Of a stretch of 64,000 bases of DNA, positions 38,359 through 50,576 are shown piece after piece. Within the stretch, counting starts at the first letter, position 1, and every line of letters begins with the position of its first letter. The notes under the pieces are model-generated. The model worked only from the letters and a program-made list of their open reading frames with translations, ran no database searches and was not told the DNA's origin. Origin of the DNA: Octopus vulgaris (Eukaryota); assembly GCA_951406725.2 (NCBI GenBank), contig OX597815.1:88164001-88228000 (forward strand). The letters are read 5' to 3'. A program made the translations under genes and the position numbers.

Positions 38359-39457
38359 ACTGGGTAAAGTTCAGAGAGCTCCTGCCTCTGCTGGTGACAA
38401 AGGGCCTCTCGCTCAGAGTAAAAGGTAGACTGTATGACGCATGTGTACGAACAGCCATGCTACATGGCAGTGAAATATGGGCTGTGACTGTTGAGGACAT
38501 GCATAAGTTTGCAAAGAATGAAGCCAATATGCTCCGCTGATGTGTAATGTCAGTGTGCATACATGACAGAGTGTAAACGCCCTGAGAAAAAAGTTGGACT
38601 TAAGAAGCATCAGATGTGGTGTACAAGAGAGATGACTGTGCTGGTATGGTCATGTGTTGCGAATGAATGAGGACAGCTGTGTAAAAAAGTGTCACACCCT
38701 AGCAGTTGAGGGAACCTGTGGAAGAGGTAGACCCAGGAAAACCTGCGATGAGGTGGTGATGCACGACCTTCAAATATTGCGCCTTACCGAGGCAATGACT
38801 AGTGACCAAGACCTTTGGAGATATGCTGTGCTTGAGAAAACCCAACAAGCCAAGTGAGCCCATGGCCTATGCCGGTGGGTGTAACCAGCCCACTTATGCA
38901 TACCCTTCGTTCATTGGACAATAAACTTTGCTTGCGAAGAGCTATTGAGGCAAATGAAATCAAAATCACTGACGTGGCCGATGACAATACCGCCTGATTG
39001 GCACTCGTGCCAGTGGAATGTTAAAAGCACATCCGAGTGTGATCATTGCCAGGGCCACGGATTGGCTCCCATGCCAGTGGTACTTGAAAAGCACCATTTG
39101 AGTGTGATTGTTGCCAGAGTTGCCCTACTGGCACATGCCTGTGGCACGTGAAAAACAACATTCAAGTGTGGTTGTTGCCAGTGCCACCTGACTGGCTTCT
39201 GTGCAGGTAGCAGTTAAAAAACACCTTTTGAGCGTGGTCGTTGCCAGAACTGCCTGACTGGCCCTCATGCTGGTGTCACGTAAAAGCACCCACTACACTC
39301 TCAGAGTGGTTGGGGTTAGGAAGGGCATCTAGCTGTAGAAACTTTGCCAGATCAGATTGAGCCTGGTGCAGCCTCTGGCTCACCAGTCCTCAGTCAAACT
39401 GTCCAACCCATGCCAGCATGGAAAGTGGACGTTAAACGATGATGATGATAATGATGA
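38359..39457 (+). mobile_element. RTE-clade LINE 3' portion with tandem ~60-bp 3'UTR subrepeats
   Basis: WVKFRELLPLLVTKGLSLRVKGRLYDACVRTAMLHGSE..W; GRGRPRKT; (GAT)n tail. Confidence 0.9.
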
Positions 39458-39770
39458 GTCCTGAAGGTTAGGTAAACTACAGTACATACAATAAAATTTT
39501 CTGTCCAGAGTGACAGTGAAATACTTGCAATGAATTTGAAGCATGCCCTGTAAGCTTGGAAGTCCAATGCTCAGCAGTTCATTTAACAATTTCATATGAA
39601 TTAAGACAAAATGGGTTATGGCTAGATTGCTGATCAAACAAGGAAGTTGAACCCAAACTGATATGCTAGATAAACTTATCCTGAATACTTTTGGGTATCC
39701 CATCAAATGTCTCAAAACCATCTTTATAACAGTGATATATGATGTTAATGATGATGTATTTCTATTGTAG

Positions 39771-39842
39771 ATCAAAACAAACACCGGTTCATTCCTGATT
39801 TGGTTGGTAAAATTTTGGAGATGACACTTATTCCTGAAACTA
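39771..39842 (+). CDS. DOCK1: DOCK exon w21 (QNKHRFIPDLVGKILEMTLIPET)
   Basis: ttgtag| ... CTA|gtaagt; ILEMTLIPE motif. Confidence 0.93.
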
Positions 39843-40689
39843 GTAAGTACTATTTCTTGGATACATTTAGTGTTCATTCTTTTATGGAAGTTGTGATGGA
39901 GAGAATAATAAAAAATGTATTAATAATATACTACGGCATTTCTATTAACTATATCTTAAATTGGAAGAATGAAATAGAATAGTGGATGAGTAAAAATTTT
40001 ATATTTATGCAGTTATTATAGAGCATGATGATATAGAAATTGGTCTATTGTAATATTGGATGATGATGAGATGGTTCCAGAGTACAGTGCTCTTCAGTAT
40101 GAAGGACTTCGTGTAACAAAATAGTAAATATCAGTAATGTATTGAAGCCAATTTAATTTTCCTACAAAAGTTGATCTCATGCCCAATCAAACAAATTGAT
40201 ATTTAATGAATGACTTATAGGACCTGGGGCTTTATTGCTTAAGTTTAGCGAATGGAGCTAGGAAGAGGAATTGAAGCAAGATTTCTCTACTACAATGTCT
40301 GTCATCCACTTCTACCATATCATTATTCTGCTTGCTAACTTGTATGAAAATAACCATTTGTTTGATATTTTGTAATTGAAAGATGTCCATCTATATGTAA
40401 TCAGCTCTACTATCTTCAGAGATTAATTGGACATAAATGTGAAACAATATAGTCTTCCAAAGAGCAGTAAATGTTGTAAGGGAAATGGTTAGGGTTAGTG
40501 ATGCAAACTTGGATCCCAAATAATTTAATTCACCAGGAATTTTACCACTTATGCTACAATATTCACCACACTTTCAAATTAAACACAAATAATAAATTTC
40601 TGTCATTCAAAAATATTTCATTTGTCTTTAACTGTTTTTTTTCTTCCATATTTTCTGCTTTCATAACCAATTGTTCTTGTATGAAACAG

Positions 40690-40790
40690 TTTTGAGGAAA
40701 GCCACTATTCCAATCTTCTTTGACATGATGCAGTGTGAGTTTCAGCAAATCTCACCAGATGGACGAAACTCTAAAAATAATTTTTCTGAG
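40690..40790 (+). CDS. DOCK1: DOCK exon w22 (LRKATIPIFFDMMQCEFQQISPDGRNSKNNFSE)
   Basis: aaacag| ... GAG|gtaaat; near-invariant DOCK-A/B motif. Confidence 0.94.
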
Positions 40791-42122
40791 GTAAATGTTA
40801 TGTCTTTACTGTTTTATGTTGTTATTCTTTATGTTGATTTAAGACATCCATTTTAAAATTGTTCAATGTATTTTAGTAGTTTCCAAATTAATTTTGTCAT
40901 AGAATTTTTTATATGTTACATTTATGTAGTTGAAACAGATATTGTTATACTTGGGGATGGTCATATTTTGCCAATTAAACACACACACACACACACTATA
41001 TATTTGCTCTTCACTTTAGCTTTATTACTATTGTTTTAGTTTCTTTGTCAAAGCTCTTTCGTCACACATCCTGTAACCTCTTCATCAACTCTCAATCCCA
41101 TGTGTCTTCTCTTATTCTGCTTATTCCATTTTGTCTAATATATCCTTTATACAACAATACCCTTTATATGATTTCCCAGTAATCATGAAACCCTTACCTG
41201 TATTTGATAGACGACCTCAACCACCCTAACTTTGAAACAGATTATGTTGAAGCAAGAGAATACCATAAAATATAATTATCAAATACTATCAAATGATGCC
41301 TTATTTTATGGAACCTCAGAGCTTTTTCCACAGAATCTGGGGTTACCTAAAACTCACTTTGGGAAACACTGAGCTTTTTAACTGAGTACCAGGTACTAAT
41401 AACATGCTGAAAAACCAAGATGCAACTTGACCAAACTGATGCACTTCCCTGACACAGTAACTCGGTGTACCCCACATATCTTACCTTGACTGCCACACTT
41501 TAACCTATCCAAGATATGCTTGCTCTCATTACTGCACTATCCTACCGAACATCCTCAGATATGTCCATACTGCACTGAGTGCAGTATTGCTATCACATTG
41601 ACTTTCCACTCCACTGTTTGGTAATATTCACCTTGATTATTAGAAATATGAAACATTCAATATGCCAAGTGTGTGAGTTGCTCTCAGAAATTAGTTTGGT
41701 TACCCTCATACTTTAGAGCTGCTCTAGCAAAGTTAAGTAAAAGTACTTAACAATAAAAAAACACTACAAATTTATGGTTAAATCAATAACATTAGTGAAA
41801 GCATCCTATTGTAAAACACCTACTGTAATAGTTCAGGTATTCATATAAATTTATAGAACTAACCAACCCAGATATTATAAGTATCAGCTTTTTTACCATG
41901 GTATTGCACAATCATTCAGACGGCTGCATTCCAGATTCAAATCCTTCTGTATCCCATGTCACATGTCTTAACATCCTTTTCTAGACTGCTATCTATGTTG
42001 TCTTCATTTTAAACAATTCAAGAAGTTACATGTCTAATTTCCATAGTGACTGAGCCCAAATGTTTCCAAGTTTGAAATTTCTAAAATCTTAGAAAATTCA
42101 AATAAGAATTTTTCAAAAGTAT

Positions 42123-42157
<35 letters not shown>

Positions 42158-42208
42158 AAGAGATGGAGAGAGAATATTTATCTGTTTTATTTTATTTATT
42201 TATTTTAG

Positions 42209-42294
42209 GTTGAAAACCAAATAGTAACTCAGCTTGATGTACTTGTTGAAGGTGGCTGTGGTGATGAAGAATACATGGAACTTATGTATGAAAT
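42209..42294 (+). CDS. DOCK1: DOCK exon w23 (VENQIVTQLDVLVEGGCGDEEYMELMYE)
   Basis: ttttag| ... AAT|gtaagt; VEGGxGDExY motif. Confidence 0.93.
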
Positions 42295-42529
42295 GTAAGT
42301 ATTTTTTGAAATATCAAATTAGCAATAAATATTTGGGATGAGTTTTTCAGTTGTTATCCATGCTTCAGGTATTTTTGACTCAGCCATTGATTTTTGAATT
42401 TTGGTGAATGTATCTGTTAGTTTGATAAGAAAGATTTTTTCAGATTTTTCCATAATTAGGAAATTATGATATCTGTGAAACTGACAGATTCTTTCTAAAT
42501 GTTATCTGGTATATCATTATATATGATGG

Positions 42530-42796
42530 CTTTGTGAGAAGTGCTGGAGGCACACAATAAGCACCATTCATTCATGTGTGTGTCGCTGCCAGAACCACCT
42601 GACTGGCTCCCCGTGCTGATGACACATAAAAAGCACCATCTGAACATGGCTGATGCCAGTGCCACCTGACTGGCTCCCATGCTGGTGGCACATAAAAAAC
42701 ACCCACTACACTCTCAGAGTGGTTGGCGTTAGGAAGGGCATCCATCTGTAGAAACTCTGCCAGATCAGATTGGAGCCTGGTGCAGCTTCCTGGCTT
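42530..42796 (+). mobile_element. RTE 3'UTR fragment
   Basis: Homologous to 39170-39380. Confidence 0.8.
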
Positions 42797-42954
42797 GAAA
42801 AAAAAAAGTTTCCAAGACTTACTCATTCTTTGCCTAGAAGCATTTCTTCATGCCCTTTCACCTATAAGAGAAAAAGAATATGAAAATGTACTATTTTCTA
42901 TTTGTATGCAACTTAGCAACTTACATTATTGACATTATCAAGTCTTAAAATTAA

Positions 42955-43165
42955 TAGACTGTCAGAATTGTTAGGACATCAAACAAAATGCCTAGTGGTA
43001 TTTAATCACTGCTCTCTGTATTCTGCATTTGAATCCATCAAGGTCAGCTTTGCTTTTAATCCTATTGGGAGTTGATAAAATAAAATACCAGTCAAGTACA
43101 GGATTTGATGGTACCAACTTACCCTCTCCTTCAAATTGCTGGTCTTGAACATAAGTCAGAAATCA
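42955..43165 (+). mobile_element. SINE family B copy
   Basis: Homologous to 25977-26190. Confidence 0.7.
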
Positions 43166-43815
43166 TTTATATAAACTTACAAATATCCTAATTTGGATCC
43201 TAATTAAAACAACAAAAAAAAAAAGCTTTTGTATTCTGATCTCAAGCTACTTAGAAGATAATATAAAACATGAAATCAATATTGATTTTTAACAGACTTG
43301 ATCTTTATCAAAAGAATGAGTGGCATACATCTGGAAATCTGTAAAGGTGCAAGCATGGTTATGTGGTTAATAGGTTTACTTCTCAACAATGAGGTTTTGG
43401 TTTCAATCCCATTCTGTTACACGTTGGGAATGTATCTTCTACCATAGCCACAGTTAATGAAAGCCTTGTGAGTGAAATTTAATAAATTAAACTGGGGACA
43501 TTCATTGGGGAAATTATTGCTGTTCTTGGGTGGTAGACTTAATTTGTCTTGAGTTTAATATCACTACCTGGCCATGAGGGCCTTTAGTGAAATCCACTCA
43601 GCTGAAAGTGCTCAAATCAGGTTTCCCATCTGATGGTAAGTTACTTCTTTTCTTCAAGCCTAAATCAGTCTTGGAGATCCTAAATAAAGTCGCAAGTATT
43701 GCTCTTCTGATGATGTCATAACTCTTTGTTTTTAATATTTCATTGATTTTCTGATAACCTTTGGCAGTATCACATTTTCTTGATATAATTCATTTAATAT
43801 TTTTGTCTATGTTAG

Positions 43816-43972
43816 CTTGAAAGATTTATTTGAAAAGCATAAACAGATGGCACAACAAGGAGAAGTATTTGTTGAGATGATCCGTAAGCTACTACAACGG
43901 CTGTTACAGTATAGAACAATGATCCAAGATGAAGTTAAGGATCATAGAATGAGTTGTATTGTAAATTTGTTG
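43816..43972 (+). CDS. DOCK1: DOCK exon w24 (LKDLFEKHK...LLQYRTMIQDEVKDHRMSCIVNLL)
   Basis: tgttag| ... TTG|gtaagt; RMSCxVNLL motif. Confidence 0.93.
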
Positions 43973-44336
43973 GTAAGTTGTACTGATTTTTTTTCTCTGA
44001 AATTTACATTTTCTATTTCTGCTTTTAAGAATTTCTGACAGTTACTTCAAGTTTACATATTGGCTGCTATTTTAAAGTAATAAGCTACTGAGCATACGGC
44101 AATGAGTTTAACTTTTTCTGTAGGTGGTGCATTATGATTTTAGTTAGGGTATCTGTTTGTCTCAGTCTGCTTGACTGTAACAACAAGCATCAGTCCTACT
44201 TCATAAAAACATTCTGCAGTAAAAATACTGAAATCTAGCAGTTCTCACACAAATATCTAAATTAACAGTACCTACCCCATTCATTTTGATATGTAAAAAT
44301 AAACGTTAAAAAAATTTTGAGTTAGCTATATAAATA

Positions 44337-44545
44337 TTGGTTTCAAATTTTGACACAAGGCCAGCAATTTGAGGGAGCAGTAAGTTGATTAATCCACCCC
44401 AGTGCTCAACTGGTACTTATTTTATTGACACCAAAAGGATGAAAGGCAAAGTTGACCATGGTGGCATTTGAACTCAGAATGCAAAGATGGGCAAAATGCG
44501 TAGTGACATTTTGCCTGGTATGGTAACAATTCTGCCAGTTAACTA
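44337..44545 (-). mobile_element. SINE family B copy
   Basis: Reverse complement of the 25977-26190 consensus. Confidence 0.8.
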
Positions 44546-44890
44546 TATAAATATCATAATTTAATTTTAAATCCATATTTTATAACTACATAATTTAAGG
44601 CAATTATTTCATGAATTAAATAATTAAAAAAATCTATACTGGACAAAGTGTTTTTAAATTATTGTACTTCACCCTTATAATTTCTCAACTGAATTATGAG
44701 GATAACTGCTTAGTTGTGAATGCAAATGTCCATTATTTGGAAATCTCCCTATTTTTCTGGCATGAAAAAAGATGTAAAAATTATATCTTGTCTTTTTTTT
44801 TTTTTTTTTCTGTTATGGGATGATAATGTAAGTTACCTTTTATCCTACAATTGGTTTCATTATTTAATGTTTTTTGCTTTCTTTTTAAAG

Positions 44891-45022
44891 AATTTTTATC
44901 ATGAAATTTGTCGTGAAGAACTATATGTTCGCTACCTGCATAAACTGTGTGACCTGCATTTAGACTGTGATAATTTTACTGAAGCTGCCTGTGCCCTCAA
45001 TTTGTATGCTAATATGCTTGAA
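44891..45022 (+). CDS. DOCK1: DOCK exon w25, start of DHR-2 ([33 protein letters not shown]...)
   Basis: ttaaag| ... GAA|gtaagt. Confidence 0.94.
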
Positions 45023-46279
45023 GTAAGTACAGAACTACAGTATCTAAAAAATATTTCCTCCAACCCAAGTTTCATTTTATGTTTTGTTAAGCAGATTGGT
45101 AGAAACAGTTGTGTCCATTTGTCTTCTGAGTTTGAACCGGACTGAGTTGATAAAATAAATACCACTGAAAAAATAAAGTTTTTAAAAATATCAAATAAAA
45201 AAAACCCAGTTATATCTGGACTTTATTAAGTAGAGCGATGTGTATTATTTTATATATATTTATAAATGGTGTTTGTGTCTTGTTGAATACATGACTAATT
45301 TATTAATATTTCATTTTCTTGTTAAGCAGTAATGTACTTTTGCTGATGTTTTGACAACTCTAAAAATTCAAACAAAATAACAAATCTTAATTGCTTCAAC
45401 ATTTTGAGTGGTTTTTATTGTTTTGCTATAAATATGGGACCTTACTGTTTCAACCATGTTGAACAAAAGTAAAAGGACTATATTAATTTTTTTGGACTAT
45501 ATTATTTTTTTCAGCTTAGTTTATCATTTCTCATTATATTGAGTATTATTATTATATAAAATATGTCATTGGGAATTAAATATGATTACCATTAAATTCA
45601 TAATAGTACAGAGAATCAGTGACCTTTAAATCTAAGGAAGACAGTTCTCTGACAGCAGACTTATACATCTTGATGTTAGTATACTTGAGATTGATAACAG
45701 TGTTTTTGATGGATGAGAGGAAAGCAAAAATCTTCTTCTGCAGCTTTTCACTTTCTGTAACTGAGAAAGCACTGGGATTGCTAAAGCCTTCTTAATTTAT
45801 CTGTAGCAGCCTATTATATACTACCCTGTATAGGCATCACTTAATAACAGATAACCTTCTCTACCAATTTACTACTGCTTGTTTAAATTTTTAAATTTCA
45901 AGCATATGAAAATATGTTTGAATTTTTTCTTCCTATTTTCGTTAGTATCTGTAAGTAGGAATATTATATTTTTTAAAAATCATGAATATTTTATTGGTGT
46001 TTTGGTGTAAATTTCAATGTTTTGCCATATATGGAAGTTGTACTGCTGAAATCAATCTAAATTATGTACATATGTTACTGAGATAGTATTACTGACATTT
46101 TGTAATTTTACTCCGTGAAAAATAATAAGTGTTACTAAAATGCTCTCTTTAACATTACATTTTGATAAAGTTCAAGGAAAATTTAATGCAAACTACTGTT
46201 TTTATTTTTTATATATATTTTAATCTTGCAAATATAATTTCTTGCCAAATAAATGTATAATATATTTTATGTTATTCAG

Positions 46280-46399
46280 TGGTCTGATAAATCGGTTCCA
46301 CCTGTACTCATGAGTCATCAGTACCCTGAATACCAGACCCAATTAACACTGAAAGAGAGGTTATATTATGACATGATTGATTACTTTGAGAGAGGCAAG
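46280..46399 (+). CDS. DOCK1: DOCK exon w26 (WSDKSVPP...LKERLYYDMIDYFERGK)
   Basis: attcag| ... AAG|gtaagt. Confidence 0.93.
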
Positions 46400-47542
46400 G
46401 TAAGTATAATTATGGCTCTGCTGATAACTCTTGATAAGCTGCTATAATAGGCTAATGACAGTGAGCCCTATTTAGTTGTAGTCAACATTGGTATCTTCCT
46501 ATTTACATCATCATTATTATTTAATATCTGTGTTCCGTGCCAGCACGGATCATTTACAACATATTTCTGTACAGAGGTTAAAAGCTAAGTAATCATCATG
46601 TTTTTGCTTAAATCTGAGAAGAATAATCAGGTCTACTATTCAAATTTCAGTCTCAAAACTTTTTAGGAGCTTAGGATTGTTGATGGCTAAAACTATCTTT
46701 GTGTATTTATCCATGTAAGACTTACGCATATCGAATGAATGAAGGTTATTCTACTTTTATTTTAAACTTCCCAAAATTTGATATGGGACTCTTTCATAGT
46801 AGATATGAACATTGAAGATTCTGTATAAAGAATTGTTTCAAATTCACACTCAGACCCTATTAGTCACTAATGTCCTCAAGATGAACCATATTCGATTTCA
46901 TATTTCACTTCAATATCTCTGAGGCTTTGTACACATGTAAAAATTTATTTTCAAAGCTTCTTTGTTAATGCACTTAAGTGCAAATCTTGTTTGTCTAGCC
47001 CAGTCAGTTTCCATTTTTAACCATTGTATTTTTCTTTTTAACTTAATTTATAAGTTCTAGCGTTTTTAATTAACCACATATATACACTCAATACAATCTG
47101 CAATACCTGAGCTCTGTTTGTAGCTTTAGAAATATTTTATATATATGAGTAGTAAATATTACAGATAAAGAACCAAGTCCCTAAATATTGTTTTGATTCT
47201 TTGTTTAGCAAGTTTTTGTTTTTATTTTCCATCAATAATATCCTTTAGATAATTTATAAATGTCACAACTGCTATTTTATTCTTCTCAAACATGATTAAA
47301 AATCATCAATTGTCTATGTCACATATAAATTGAGATGAAGAAAATATAGTTTGACAGATGTAATATCCGTAAAATTATTGCAAATATTTTTTAGATAGAT
47401 TTGTATAAAACAATGTTCCTTTTCTCATCCTTTACAAGAAATACCATTCTTCATGTTGAATGTCTGTTATCATTGTCATTAGCAGCAGTATTTCTGTATA
47501 GATATTGAGATCATTTCTTCATTGAAGCCATTCTTTTTCCAG

Positions 47543-47632
47543 ATGTGGGAAAAGGGAATTGAACTGTGCAAAGAACTAGCAAATCTCTATGAAAATGAAC
47601 TCTTCGATTATGAACGCCTGAGTGAATTACTG
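47543..47632 (+). CDS. DOCK1: DOCK exon w27 ([30 protein letters not shown])
   Basis: ttccag| ... CTG|gtatgt. Confidence 0.94.
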
Positions 47633-47772
47633 GTATGTATCACTTTACTATAGGCAACTTATATATCCAAATGATGCATTTGTTGGTATTGCTGTCATCA
47701 TCTCTATACATGGTTGACTGAAATGTTTAGCATTCTCATTACAATGTTGCCAATATTTTGTCTCATTTATAG

Positions 47773-47877
47773 AAAAGGCAAGCTGATCTATATGTTCAGA
47801 TCATGAAAACATTGAGATATGCCTCAGAATATTTTCGTGTTGCTTATTATGGCAGAGGTTTTCCATCTTTTCTTCAG
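47773..47877 (+). CDS. DOCK1: DOCK exon w28 (KRQADLYVQIMKTLRYASEYFRVAYYGRGFPSFLQ)
   Basis: ttatag| ... CAG|gtttgt; YYGxGFPSFL motif. Confidence 0.93.
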
Positions 47878-48738
47878 GTTTGTAAAGTTATATTAAATTT
47901 GAAACTTATTATTAAACACCTTTTATTCTTAAATTTAGTCTATTTCTGGGTTTTTGCCACTTAAAACAAAAGAGTAACCATTGAATTGTAAATGATTCCT
48001 GGATGTACTGCAAATATTTCAACTACAGATTAAGAATGCTCTGATGATAATACTTAGAATATCATGCATTTCAAACTGTTATATCTTAAACATCTAAGAG
48101 AAATTTAAGTTTCTTTGTATTGGTCTTTTATAGATTTCATTAAAGATAACTGTAATTGGTGACTCTTAGAGAGATCTTTTAAGTTATATGTTCAAGAGAA
48201 TTAGAGAGTGTGATTCTTACTTTATAAAAGTAACATTTGTGCATCATCTTTGTTTTACATTAAAAGATTGTTGGAACTCCTTGGGAGCTCCTAATGTTAC
48301 CAGTGGAGAATGGTAAAGAAGATTGTGCATAGAAGTGTATGGAACTAGTTACCAAAAGAGGTGAAGCAGATTCTTTGAGGACATCACAGTTGCTAGGATG
48401 AATATTTGTATTGCTTCATGTTCAACAAACTTTCCTTTATCTTTAAGTTGAGGACTGTATATTTTAAGCGAAAATTTTGTTGTCAACTTCCCTATGCTGC
48501 AGTTGGGATTGTACAACTAAAACACAGATCAAATACTACTCCACCAATTATGCCAGACATCCTACATGTGCTTGTTTGGCTACTTAACTATCATAGGTCA
48601 GATAAAACAATCAGATTATCAACCTTCTTATTAGCTCAGTCAGTCTTTATAAATCAATTGTATTAAAAAAAATTTTCTGTTACCCAAACTTTTCTTAACT
48701 GTTATGTTTAATTAAAATAATCTCTTTCATCTATTTAG

Positions 48739-48825
48739 AACCAAGTATACATTTACCGAGGGAAAGAATATGAAAGGCTTACAGACTTCAGTGCTCGTTT
48801 GCTGACAATGTTTCCATATGCCGAA
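48739..48825 (+). CDS. DOCK1: DOCK exon w29 ([29 protein letters not shown])
   Basis: atttag| ... GAA|gtaagt; YRGKEYER motif. Confidence 0.94.
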
Positions 48826-49243
48826 GTAAGTTGTGAACAGATTATATAGTATATAGTGGCCTTCAGGTTTCAGTTTTCTAGTAATCTTAGAATTTTTAAT
48901 TGTTTCTTTTGAAATATTCAATACATTCAAAAATTATCTTACCAACAATTATTTCTTGAATGCCAGTTATCATTAGCAGCAGTATTTCTGTGTAAATATT
49001 GAGATCATTTCTTCAAGAAATATTTTGAGAAATAAATTACTGCAGTAAATTTGATGAATATAGATTTATTGGAATCAAGCTATTTTGTAAAATGGACAGT
49101 ATTCTTGTTGCCTTTGTTGTCCATATTTTGTATGTCTAGTTTTGTTTCTTTGAGTCAATGTTTCATGTTACAGAATTTAGAGGCTGGTTAATAAGCACTT
49201 GTAGAAAACAAAATATTTATCCTACCCACTTTTCTCTTTACAG

Positions 49244-49298
49244 AAACTGACCACTTTATCCACTCCAGGAGATGATATTAAATTATCTCCCAAACAGT
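49244..49298 (+). CDS. DOCK1: DOCK exon w30 (KLTTLSTPGDDIKLSPKQ)
   Basis: ttacag| ... CAGT|gtatccttt (U12 donor); PGDDIK motif. Confidence 0.9.
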
Positions 49299-49530
49299 GT
49301 ATCCTTTCCTTTTGAATGTTTCATTTATTTTACTTCAAATACAGAAAATGAAAATATTATTGCTGGTAATTTTTATGATATTTCCATTTGTTTAATATAC
49401 AGCTTTTGTGTTTATATAGAATGTTAATCAATTAAAAAAGAAATCTAGTCTTGGTGAGTTCCTACATTACATCTAATAATGCTTAAAATTTGCAATGTTG
49501 CCATTTTATGTTTCTTTAACTAAGAGACAG
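49299..49530 (+). other. U12-type (minor spliceosome) GT-AG intron, 232 nt
   Basis: 5' GTATCCTTT; branch TTCTTTAAC at 49512-49520, about 11 nt before the AG; no pyrimidine tract; splicing gives KQ-Y-LQ in frame. Confidence 0.88.
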
Positions 49531-49612
49531 ACCTGCAGATTAATGCAGTTACACCATGTTTAGATCTGAAGAGTCAATTCAAGAACAAGACAGTGAGTGA
49601 ATCAATATTAAG
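49531..49612 (+). CDS. DOCK1: DOCK exon w31 (YLQINAVTPCLDLKSQFKNKTVSESIL)
   Basis: agacag| ... AAG|gtaagt; FKNKxV motif. Confidence 0.9.
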
Positions 49613-49669
49613 GTAAGTTCTGATCTTAGTATTTTGTTATTTCATCTTACTGGTTTATATTGATCTTCA

Positions 49670-50010
49670 TGCCATGACAAGTGACCGAAACCTTGGCGAT
49701 ATGTTGTGCTTGAGAAAACTTGTTAAGCCAAGTGAAATCATAGTCATGGCCATTGCCAGTATCATGTAAATGGCACTCATGAGATCATAGTTGTGACTGT
49801 TGCAAGTTCATTTAAATAGCATCCATGCTAGTGGCACGTAAAAAGCACCCATTACACTTTTGGAGTGGTTGGCGTTAGGAAGGGCATCCAGCCATATAAA
49901 CCATCGGCCAAATCAGACTGAAACCTAGTGCAGATCTCAGTCTTACTAGTTCCAGTCAAACTGTCAAACCCATGTGCCAGCATGGAAAGTGGACGTTAAA
50001 TGATGATGAT
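49670..50010 (+). mobile_element. RTE 3' end fragment
   Basis: LWRYVVLEK end of ORF, 3'UTR and (GAT)n tail. Confidence 0.82.
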
Positions 50011-50052
50011 TTCCAGAGTACTGACTTGATTTTTAACTTTTCTCATTATCAG

Positions 50053-50125
50053 CTACTATATGGTCAATGAAGTCCAAAAGTTTACCTATTCTCGACGAAT
50101 GGATGACAATGTCAAAGACGTGAAG
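50053..50125 (+). CDS. DOCK1: DOCK exon w32 (YYMVNEVQKFTYSRRMDDNVKDVK)
   Basis: tatcag| ... AAG|gtaaac; NxVQxFxYSR motif. Confidence 0.92.
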
Positions 50126-50489
50126 GTAAACTTTCAATTAGTGTTTTAAAATATTTCATAACATAAATATGCATAAAAAATATAATCTTTAGAAAAATTA
50201 ACACCTTTATTTCTAACAGTAGTTTTTTTTTTATTGATTTATTGTATAGCTTAAGATAGTTTTAATATCATTCTATATAGTTTATAAAATCAAGTGACTT
50301 TTGTCACAATAATGCAGGTTAACATTTAGCATGCTCTACATTTAGTTATCTTATTCGTTGTTTAATTTGCTAATTGTGTTTCATTAATATTAAGAAATGC
50401 ATTTAAAAAATGTTTATATGTTATTTGTACTGCAAAGATTTTGAGCCAGGTTTCTAATTCTTATTGACTCAATCTGTTCTACTTTATAG

Positions 50490-50576
50490 GACATGTGGTT
50501 GGAACGCACAATTTTAGTTATATCCCATCCACTTCCAGGGATTCTTCGCTGGTTTCCTGTTGTCTCTACTGAAGTG
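50490..50576 (+). CDS. DOCK1: DOCK exon w33 (DMWLERTILVISHPLPGILRWFPVVSTEV)
   Basis: ttatag| ... GTG|gtaagt; LPGILRWF motif. Confidence 0.94.

Noticed and set aside
38960-39300. Regularly spaced repeats resembling a CRISPR array
   Set aside because: The units are degenerate tandem repeats without unique spacers, lie inside an RTE 3'UTR in a eukaryotic intron, and have no cas genes nearby
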